From assembly GCA_963677745.1 (NCBI GenBank), contig OY782391.1:1024001-1088000 (forward strand): a DNA stretch of 64,000 nt. Reading direction: 5' to 3'. The first letter of the stretch is position 1. Each line of letters begins with the position of its first letter. The notes under the pieces are model-generated. The model saw only the letters and a list, made by a program, of their open reading frames with translations. It had not been told where the DNA came from and ran no database searches. This document shows positions 27,612-35,027 of this stretch, piece by piece. Both the position numbers and the translations under genes were made by a program. This DNA comes from Candidatus Altimarinota bacterium (GTDB lineage Bacteria > Patescibacteriota > Gracilibacteria > UBA1369).

Positions 27612-28072
27612 GATTTTTCCAATAAAGAAAAATCGAAACCAAAGATCTTTCACAAAAAGAATTAGACCTATCGCCCCCCGGGGGCGGTAACGTGAAGATT
27701 GATGAGGCGTCAAAGCGGTTGCCTTTAAAACAAAAATAAAAAGGAAAAACAACGCCCTAGAACGTTTTGGCATCTCTCAATCTTTGCTGGGCGCTGGATA
27801 CTTGTCTCCGACCGGATTAGTATCCGTTCAAAGTTACTCGGTGGGGTACTTTAGCCTTTATGGCTTCTACCTTCACTACCGGCCTTTACTGGTTGGCGGG
27901 TGGTCCGTGGCAGGACTGGAAAAAACAGCCAAAGCCTAGGCATAGATTAGGACTGGTCAATCCACAAATCTCGAAAACAAAAACAAAATTGCTAGAGTTC
28001 TCACCAATATTTTATTTTTGAGGACCCATTAGCACAAGAGATTTGGAACCCCTACTTCGGTAGGGGTTTTTT
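27612..28072 (+). ncRNA. Candidate large structured ncRNA 2 (~460 nt), family unknown
   Basis: Lies between a promoter and a terminator, contains no ORF of 60 aa or more, and has dense nested stems with G.U pairs polarised to the plus strand. Confidence 0.7.
28047..28072 (+). terminator. Intrinsic terminator with cUUCGg loop
   Basis: AACCCCTAC-TTCG-GTAGGGG-TTTTTT; U-tract on the plus strand only. Confidence 0.85.
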
Positions 28073-28570
28073 AATGTAGGAAGTTGACTGGGTTATATGC
28101 AGATCTGTGTTTATTACCTCCGATATCGCCTTATCCAGGTATATCTCGCCCACCGCTTCCGGATATTTCTGACCGGGGACGTCTTTGTAATAGGCGGGTC
28201 TGGTCCATTTTTTAATTTTAGCTTTAAAATCTGCAATATCCAACACGCCCCGATTGTCGCTGCACATCAGCATCACAATAATCCAGCGGCGATATTCAAA
28301 AATGATCCGTTGGGGATCATCGATCGGCAGTTTTTCATATTCCCTGGAGCGGTCCGCCAGATAATTTAGGAGGTTCATCATGTAGGAATAGGCCTCCCTG
28401 GTGGGCTCCATATACAGGACTCGCAGGGGGTTTTTGAGATCTTTGCTGGAATCGGCAACATATGTAAATAAATGGTCATTACAGATGTCTTTGGGAGGCA
28501 GGGAAGCTTTTATTACTGGAAGATCAGCCACTTTTGGGTTTTGCTCATATCCGGACACTGGCAATTTCAT
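28052..28570 (-). CDS. Hypothetical protein
   Basis: 172-aa ORF with an upstream minus-strand TTGACA-17-TACCCT promoter; its stop codon lies inside the plus-strand terminator. Confidence 0.7.
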   Translation of the reverse strand: MKLPVSGYEQNPKVADLPVIKASLPPKDICNDHLFTYVADSSKDLKNPLRVLYMEPTREAYSYMMNLLNYLADRSREYEKLPIDDPQRIIFEYRRWIIVMLMCSDNRGVLDIADFKAKIKKWTRPAYYKDVPGQKYPEAVGEIYLDKAISEVINTDLHITQSTSYIKKPLPK

Positions 28571-28698
28571 ACAAATAATTTAAAAATTTTGCATCAAAAG
28601 GGTAAACACGGACGGACAAGATGTCAATACTTGCCAGCAAGTCAAATTAATTGACAATTTAAAAAAGTTTGATTTGATATACGCAGCTTAAAAATCTT

Positions 28699-30549
28699 AT
28701 GCTCGACCTGCCAAAAGACAATCCCAGGGAACTGCCCAGTGCCGAATTTGCTCCGGAAATTGAGCGTGAGGCCCAAATGGCAGTTTTGAGAAGTCAGCAG
28801 ATTGATGAGCGAATTCCGGTTCAGGGGTTTACGCTTGACGCCATGGAATCCAAAGATTTGGATGATGCCATTTGGCTTGAGCGGTCCAACGGAGAATGGA
28901 GAGTGTTGGTCACTATCAGCGACGTGGACGCCCTTGTTCCAATGGGCTCTCTGCTCGATCGCGAGGCTGTTACAAGGGTAACCAGTCATTATTTTCCTGA
29001 GAGAAGCAGGGACGGTAAGGTAGAGCCAAAATATGTTATCCCAATGCTTCCCACCATTCTTTCGGAAAAGCACCTTAGCCTTCAGGAAGGGGAGTCCCGT
29101 CTAACACTGACGGTTGAAATGCTTCTGACGGGAGATTTCCGGCCGATTTCGGCAGACATAAAACGTACCCGTCTTGTTTCCGCCAAAAAGCTGGGACTGA
29201 GCGAATATGGCGATCGTAAAATTATTGGAGATCCCGGCCTGCCTCTGCGGGATTATTATCATATGGCCAAGGGGTTAAACCACAAACGCTGGTCCGACCC
29301 CGGTTGGGCCTACCAGGAATTAAAGAACGGAATCAGCACCAATGAAGACGGTATGGTGAGGGAAGGAAGCCTGTCTGCTGCCAGTCTGATCGTACAGGAA
29401 TTCATGGTCTTGACCAATCAGGCCGTGGCAGAACTACTCAACAGAGAAAATTTAGCGGCTCCCTTTCGAAATCATTTGCCTGCCAGAAACTCTCCCCCGA
29501 CCAAAGCACAGATCAGGGCGGAAATTGAAAGAAACAGCGATTATCGCAAGCTGGTTGATGATTTACGGGCAACTTATCAGAAACTTTTGGGAAGCGCTTT
29601 GTACGAAGCTGCTCCGGCCGGTCATTTCGGCCTGGGGATACCTGCCTATACGCATTTTACTTCTCCCATCCGCCGCTATGCCGACCTGGTCATTCATCGT
29701 ATTGTAAAAGCCCACTTATCCGGAGCAAAGTCTCCTTATACTCCGGAAGAAATTCAGCAGCTTTGTCTTTATCTGAATAAGCGCAACCGTGACCTGGCCA
29801 CGATCAGGGCTCATCAGGAAAGAAGACATTCATTAAAAAACTACCGCCAATTCGGGCACCTGCTGCCCAAGGAAAAAGAAGACGGGCCGGATTATATGGA
29901 AAGCTTACTGACATATTTAAGAGACAATCGCATTGGCAATGCGTTCTTTGAGTACTCCTGCAGCGAAGGGTTCCTTATTCAACTTTCCTGCAAGGCCAGT
30001 GTGCGCTTTCAACGCATCAGACACGTGGTGGAAGTCACGGCCAGAGCTGCCTTACAGGACGTGAAAAACGAGGCTGCCCGTTTGTTACTGGAGAAAATCC
30101 AGGAATTGATGGAGGCAAACCCGCCGGAACAAAAGAAAAAAGATTTGAAGTATCAAAAATCGCCGGAATCTCCCGAAACCGGACCGGGTGTGGTTGCACG
30201 CCTCTATCAATACTGCGAAGAGCATGGTTTTCCGGTTCCCAGTATTTATTATGAATCCTGGAATGGCGGTCTCTTTTATAACAAAGAAACAGGGGAATAT
30301 TCGGTTGCCCGGGAACCGGGATGTGAAAAACCTCCGGATGGAGAAGAAATGGATCAAAATCTGGTTCCCATAGTTTGTCATTGCGATATCAGCGCATCTC
30401 TGACTATGGATGGATTTGGACGAAACCGCCAGACTGCCAAGGAAGAAGCCGCCAGGAAAATGCTGGACTATTTGCAGTCGGGCCAGCCCATTCCCAGGCA
30501 GTCTATTGTTCCACCGGCTCCTCCTTCCCGGCCGAAAAAAAACGATTAA
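28699..30549 (+). CDS. RNB-domain (RNase II/R family) exoribonuclease with two C-terminal dsRBD-like domains
   Basis: DAMESKDLDDA, QEFMVLTN and HFGLG..YTHFTSPIRRYADL motifs; C-terminal ..VKNEAARLLL and GFGRNRQTAKEEAARKML. Confidence 0.88.
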   Translation: MLDLPKDNPRELPSAEFAPEIEREAQMAVLRSQQIDERIPVQGFTLDAMESKDLDDAIWLERSNGEWRVLVTISDVDALVPMGSLLDREAVTRVTSHYFPERSRDGKVEPKYVIPMLPTILSEKHLSLQEGESRLTLTVEMLLTGDFRPISADIKRTRLVSAKKLGLSEYGDRKIIGDPGLPLRDYYHMAKGLNHKRWSDPGWAYQELKNGISTNEDGMVREGSLSAASLIVQEFMVLTNQAVAELLNRENLAAPFRNHLPARNSPPTKAQIRAEIERNSDYRKLVDDLRATYQKLLGSALYEAAPAGHFGLGIPAYTHFTSPIRRYADLVIHRIVKAHLSGAKSPYTPEEIQQLCLYLNKRNRDLATIRAHQERRHSLKNYRQFGHLLPKEKEDGPDYMESLLTYLRDNRIGNAFFEYSCSEGFLIQLSCKASVRFQRIRHVVEVTARAALQDVKNEAARLLLEKIQELMEANPPEQKKKDLKYQKSPESPETGPGVVARLYQYCEEHGFPVPSIYYESWNGGLFYNKETGEYSVAREPGCEKPPDGEEMDQNLVPIVCHCDISASLTMDGFGRNRQTAKEEAARKMLDYLQSGQPIPRQSIVPPAPPSRPKKND

Positions 30550-33518
30550 TTTTCCTCCAATTCCTGGCGCAGCACGGCCACCTCGGCTTTCAGTCTGGTC
30601 TGCTGGTTTTCACGCTCGATCACCAGGTCCGGGTCGGCCTTGGCTTTGAAGCCGGGAGTGAGAATTTTCTCCAATACCGAGAGTTCCTGCTGCTTTTTGG
30701 CCAGTGTCTTTTCCAGGTTGTCCCTGAAGCGGCATTTTTCTTCCAGCAGACAGGCAATCAATACTTTTCCGGCGGAGTAGGGTTTTACAATGGACTTTTC
30801 TTCGTTCAGATCCTCCAGATCGGCATTGCCAAGTTTCCTGGCCAATTCCAGAGACCCTTCACTAATCGAAAAATCCGGACAGAGTTTCAGTTTTTCGGAA
30901 TAGCCTTTTTCCAGAACTTGTCTTACTTCACGGCAGGCCGTCACCAGATCGATCATTTTCTGCATTTCTGCGCCGGCTTCCTGATACGGTTTGTCATCAA
31001 ACCCTTCCACTACCGTGAAACGATCTTCAGCCAATAGTTTTTCACCGCCCAGTTTCTCCAGATCCTCGTGAATTTCTTCGGTAAAGAAAGGCATGAATGG
31101 ATGCAACATCTGTAAAACACCGCCCAGTATCTTGAACATGGTAGCTTTAATTTCCTCGGTAAATTCGCTGGCCTGTTCCAGTTCCACCTTGGCGATTTCC
31201 AGATACCACGAACAGAAAATATCCCAGCTGAAATGATAGGCCAGTTCCAGCGATGAACTGAATTCATAGTTGTCCATGCGGCGTTGATATTCTTTCTGTA
31301 CTTCCCGCATCTGTCCCAGAATCCATTTGGAGCTGTTTAATTTAAGGTCTTTATATAACGGTACTTTAAGCTTGTAATCGCCCTCGCCCTTGATGGCTAC
31401 CAGCTTGGCGGCATTCCAGATTTTATTGAGAAACTTGGCGTAGGCATCAACTTTTTTTTCATCGAATTTGACGTCCAGACCGGCCGTCGAACCGGCTACC
31501 AGACCGGCGCGCAACGCGTCGGCGCCATATTTGATCAGCATTTCTTTTGGTTCAATGCCGTTGCCCTTGGATTTGGACATCTTTTGTCCTTTGGAGTCGC
31601 GGATCAAGCCGGTAAAATAAATATTTTTCCAGGGGATGTCATTGAGTCTGTAGGAGGTTAGAAGCAGCATGCGGCAGGCCCAGAAAAGCAGAATATCACG
31701 TCCCATCAACATGGTATGGGTGGGGAAGAATTCACTGACCGAGGGGTTTTTAAGGTCCAGAAAACCCAGAGCGGATAGGGTGGAATAAGCCCATTGACCG
31801 GAGGAAAACCAGGTGTCGAAGGTGTCGGTTTCCTGTTCCCAGCCGCTGTCATCGGGTGCCTCTTTGCCAACGTGAATTTGTTCTTTGGAAGTGTCTTTGT
31901 ATTTGTACCAGACTGGCATGCGCTGTCCCCACATGATTTGCCTGGAAATATTCCAGTCGGTCAGATTGGTCAGCCATTGAACGATCTGGTCTTTCAGTCT
32001 GGCCGGATAAACATTGATCCGCCCGGAATTGACCATTTCCAAAGCCCTTTTTTTGAGACTCAAACCTTCTTTGTCCACATTGATAAACCATTGGGTGGAC
32101 ATCAGCGGTTCCACTATATCTTTGCCGCGCTCGGCAATCGGTACTTTATGCATCAGTTCTTCCGTCATCAACAGTAAGCCGGCTTCTTTTAAATCTTTAA
32201 TCAGCTTGGCGCGGCACTCTTCAATGGAAAGTCCCTGATAAGTTGCTCCAGCCTCCGCAGTCATTTTGCCGAATTTATCTATCACCTGGATAATCGGCAG
32301 TTTGTGATCATGTCCGATGGCATTGTCAGTAAAGTCGTGGGCGGGGGTTACTTTTACAGCACCCGTGCCAAAGCCGATATCAATCCGATCGTCGGCTATG
32401 ATGGAAATATCACGGTTAATCATCGGCACACGCACTTTTTTGCCGATCAAATGGGTGTAACGCTGGTCCAACGGATGCACCGCCACGGCAGTATCACCCA
32501 GCATCGTTTCCGGCCTGGTGGTAGCCACTACAATATTATTTTCATCATCCAGATCCGGTACCATTTCCACGACAACGCAACCGGTGTTGTGCGCTCCAGT
32601 ATTCTCTGTCATTTTTGAAATTTTCCCGCGAATTTCTTCGTTGAAATATTCCACCTGGGCCGGTTTCACCTTCCCGGCAGCCAGTTTCAGTACTCTGAAA
32701 ACGACAAAATCCCTTTCAATTTCCACGCCGTCAGCTGTTTCCATCTTCACAACGGCTTCTCCGACTTTGGGAGCAACTGTCATTTTTTGTCCTTCTTTTT
32801 CCAGCACCACCCAGTGATTGCCGGCATTTTTAATTAATTCAACCTTGCCGAGATCTTCCATTTTGATTCGTTGGCGGGCCGGTTTTTCGGTTTTGTCCAA
32901 CAGGGGATAGAGTATATGCCACAGATGCCCTTTTTCCTCTTTGTATTCCACTTCCACATCGGAAATGGAGGTTTGTGAATAAACCGACCAATGAACCATC
33001 CGGCTGCCGCGGTAAACCAGTCCATCCTGCCACATCCGGGAAAATGTCTCATAAATGACATCCGACAACCGCGGATCCAGTGTGAACAGTTCGCGGCTGA
33101 AATCGGCTGAAGTTCCCAACATTTTTTCCTGGGCGCGCATGTAATTGGCACGGTCCGTGCAGAAGTCATAACAACGCTGCCAGAATTCCTCGCGGGGCAT
33201 GGTCTCCACTTCCACTCCTTCTTCACGCAGTTTTCTTTCAAATACCACCTGGGTCTGAATTCCGGCATGATCCTTGCCCGGTACCAGCAGTACGCGTTCG
33301 CCTTTCAGGCGGTGATAGCGGCCCAGAATATCCATCAAAGTATGTCCGTAACAATGTCCCAGGTGCATTTCTCCATTGGCATTGGGTGGCGGCATGGTGA
33401 TGTCGAAGACAGGAGCTTTTTCACTGCCCGTATGTTCATATTTAAAGCATCCGGCGGACTCCCACTTCCGGTTTATTTCTTCTTCTTTTTGTTTAAAATC
33501 AAAGTATTTGTCCAGCAT
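30546..33518 (-). CDS. valS: Valine--tRNA ligase with an inserted domain
   Basis: PPPNANGEMHLGH, DHAGIQTQ, ATTRPET, WNISRQ and KMSKS motifs; ATG at 33518. Confidence 0.97.
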   Translation of the reverse strand: MLDKYFDFKQKEEEINRKWESAGCFKYEHTGSEKAPVFDITMPPPNANGEMHLGHCYGHTLMDILGRYHRLKGERVLLVPGKDHAGIQTQVVFERKLREEGVEVETMPREEFWQRCYDFCTDRANYMRAQEKMLGTSADFSRELFTLDPRLSDVIYETFSRMWQDGLVYRGSRMVHWSVYSQTSISDVEVEYKEEKGHLWHILYPLLDKTEKPARQRIKMEDLGKVELIKNAGNHWVVLEKEGQKMTVAPKVGEAVVKMETADGVEIERDFVVFRVLKLAAGKVKPAQVEYFNEEIRGKISKMTENTGAHNTGCVVVEMVPDLDDENNIVVATTRPETMLGDTAVAVHPLDQRYTHLIGKKVRVPMINRDISIIADDRIDIGFGTGAVKVTPAHDFTDNAIGHDHKLPIIQVIDKFGKMTAEAGATYQGLSIEECRAKLIKDLKEAGLLLMTEELMHKVPIAERGKDIVEPLMSTQWFINVDKEGLSLKKRALEMVNSGRINVYPARLKDQIVQWLTNLTDWNISRQIMWGQRMPVWYKYKDTSKEQIHVGKEAPDDSGWEQETDTFDTWFSSGQWAYSTLSALGFLDLKNPSVSEFFPTHTMLMGRDILLFWACRMLLLTSYRLNDIPWKNIYFTGLIRDSKGQKMSKSKGNGIEPKEMLIKYGADALRAGLVAGSTAGLDVKFDEKKVDAYAKFLNKIWNAAKLVAIKGEGDYKLKVPLYKDLKLNSSKWILGQMREVQKEYQRRMDNYEFSSSLELAYHFSWDIFCSWYLEIAKVELEQASEFTEEIKATMFKILGGVLQMLHPFMPFFTEEIHEDLEKLGGEKLLAEDRFTVVEGFDDKPYQEAGAEMQKMIDLVTACREVRQVLEKGYSEKLKLCPDFSISEGSLELARKLGNADLEDLNEEKSIVKPYSAGKVLIACLLEEKCRFRDNLEKTLAKKQQELSVLEKILTPGFKAKADPDLVIERENQQTRLKAEVAVLRQELEEN

Positions 33519-33596
33519 CTTGGTGTTTTCACAAATAAGTACTGCAAGACAGATTTTAACAGCAGACAGCCCGTAAACCAATCATAAAAAATGGAT

Positions 33597-33624
33597 TTGT
33601 AATTTTTGAAAATTTTGTTATATT
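33597..33624 (+). promoter_or_regulatory. Promoter for tRNA-Gly
   Basis: TTGTAA-16 nt (ending TGT)-TATATT. Confidence 0.5.
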
Positions 33625-33682
33625 CCTTAGGCCAAGCACGAAGCGAAGCGCAATGCGCTGGCCTGATTCAATTTGAAAATTC

Positions 33683-33756
33683 GCGGTACTAGTACAATGG
33701 TAGTACGCCGCCTTGCCAAGGCGGAGACACGGGTTCGATTCCCGTGTACCGCTCCA
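33683..33756 (+). tRNA. tRNA-Gly (GCC)
   Basis: Acceptor GCGGTAC/GTACCGC, anticodon loop TTGCCAA, T-loop TTCGATT, encoded CCA. Confidence 0.97.
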
Positions 33757-33877
33757 AGAAATCTTGAAATTTCTGTTTTTCTGCGTCTTCTGCAAAAAAT
33801 TCTTCTCGCCGTATCTCTATACTGTCTCGGCGAATTTTTCTGGCATCCTTGAAAAACAGGAAATTTAAAGATTTCTT
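33756..33877 (+). other. Long imperfect inverted repeat directly after tRNA-Gly
   Basis: AAGAAATCTT-G-AAATTT-CTGTTTTTC pairs with GAAAAACAG-G-AAATTT-A-AAGATTTCTT; inner TCGCCG/CGGCGA. Confidence 0.75.
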
Positions 33878-33880
33878 CCC

Positions 33881-33905
33881 GTATTCCGGTCAGGGAATAC
33901 TTTTT
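33881..33905 (+). terminator. Intrinsic terminator
   Basis: GTATTCC-GGTCAG-GGAATAC-TTTTT. Confidence 0.7.
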
Positions 33906-33943
33906 CTTTTACGTTCAAGAAACAGCAATTTGTGCCAAAGCGG

Positions 33944-33971
33944 TTGACAAAATAGAAAAAAGCTCTAAAAT
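33944..33971 (+). promoter_or_regulatory. Sigma70-like promoter
   Basis: TTGACA-16 nt-TAAAAT upstream of ORF 33994. Confidence 0.65.
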
Positions 33972-33993
33972 AAGCATCTTATCATCAAATAAG

Positions 33994-34932
33994 ATGGCCG
34001 AAAATCCCCAAAATCCAGAAAATGGAGACGCCACCAGTCTGCCCGAAATCGGTGCCGACAAGACCGTTGCAATTTCTGCGGCGACGACTATTGTTCCTGA
34101 AAGCAGTGATATCCTTGCCCCTGTCACGATTCCAGCGTCTAGCCCTCCTGATACGCTTGAAAAAGCCCTGGAACAAGTGGCGGAGGAATTTGCCAAACCT
34201 GTAAATGATTTAATAGATGATTGTGAGGCAATTGTCGGTGAAGTGGACGTGAAAAATCTGCCGGAAGAATTTCAGGATGAAATTGCCTCCGCCGAATTTG
34301 ATGACCTGTGGGAGGAATCAATTCTGGGAAATGCCCCCGTTCCTATTTCGCAAAACGTTGACCCTTCCCAGCTGGAAGCACCTTATTGTGTCTCCCTGGA
34401 ACATCATAGTTTACCCGCTATACCACCTCCTGCACTGAAAGATCTGCCATCCCCGGAATTTATCATCGCCGGGCCTCCTTCAATTCCCAGCGCCGGTCTG
34501 TATTCTTTTAAAAACACCAATCCACCTTCTTCACCGTCTGTTCCGGAGGAAGGGGCGACCATCGGTCCTCCACCGGGCTATAATGCCAGGGATCTCATGG
34601 AAAAAGCTCCTCAGTCCGTGCAGTTTGAGCAGTCTCAGGTCTCCGATTCTCTGCCCCCGTCATGTGATCCTGAGGAAATTACCCGTGAATTCCCTGCTAT
34701 TCTCACTTATTTACCGGCCTTTATGAGGTCGGAATACCAGAAGGAATATGAAATGGAACTGGCCAGATACAAGGAAAATATCAAAATTCGCGCGGCACTT
34801 CGGATGGGATCTGTATTTGACTCACCTCCGCCTTTCCACTGGAGCTATTTCCGCAGGTATCTGGAGGAAGTTGGTGTGGAAATGACCGAAGAAAATCAAC
34901 AGGCACTGAAAAAAATCGAGGCGTCCGATTAG
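33994..34932 (+). CDS. Acidic Pro-rich hypothetical protein
   Basis: 312-aa ORF with promoter; low-complexity P/S/E composition. Confidence 0.75.
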   Translation: MAENPQNPENGDATSLPEIGADKTVAISAATTIVPESSDILAPVTIPASSPPDTLEKALEQVAEEFAKPVNDLIDDCEAIVGEVDVKNLPEEFQDEIASAEFDDLWEESILGNAPVPISQNVDPSQLEAPYCVSLEHHSLPAIPPPALKDLPSPEFIIAGPPSIPSAGLYSFKNTNPPSSPSVPEEGATIGPPPGYNARDLMEKAPQSVQFEQSQVSDSLPPSCDPEEITREFPAILTYLPAFMRSEYQKEYEMELARYKENIKIRAALRMGSVFDSPPPFHWSYFRRYLEEVGVEMTEENQQALKKIEASD

Positions 34933-35027
34933 GATGATTAGACTGATGAAAAGCGGGCCTACAATCCATTGCCAGTAATTCATTGGCGCGGTCTTTGATC
35001 TGGGATGTTGTACGAAAGGAGCAGAAA

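Noticed and set aside
27860-27975. Minus-strand words (TTTGTGG, AGTCCTGCC, GTAGTGA) loosely recalling the raiA motif RNA
   Set aside because: The resemblance is from memory and fragmentary; promoter, terminator and G.U polarity all point to the plus strand. Needs cmscan to exclude.
27860-28021. 53-aa ORF (MASTFTTGLYWLAGG...) inside RNA candidate 2, and a 26-aa ORF from ATG 27610
   Set aside because: The first start is buried in a stem with no RBS. The second ATG is only 3 nt after the -10 box, probably upstream of the TSS.
27612-28072. Assignment as tmRNA, RNase P RNA, SRP RNA or a group I/II intron
   Set aside because: I found no tRNA-like T-arm/CCA end, no GAGGAAAGUCC, no SRP domain IV motif, no group II domain V and no group I R/S elements on either strand.
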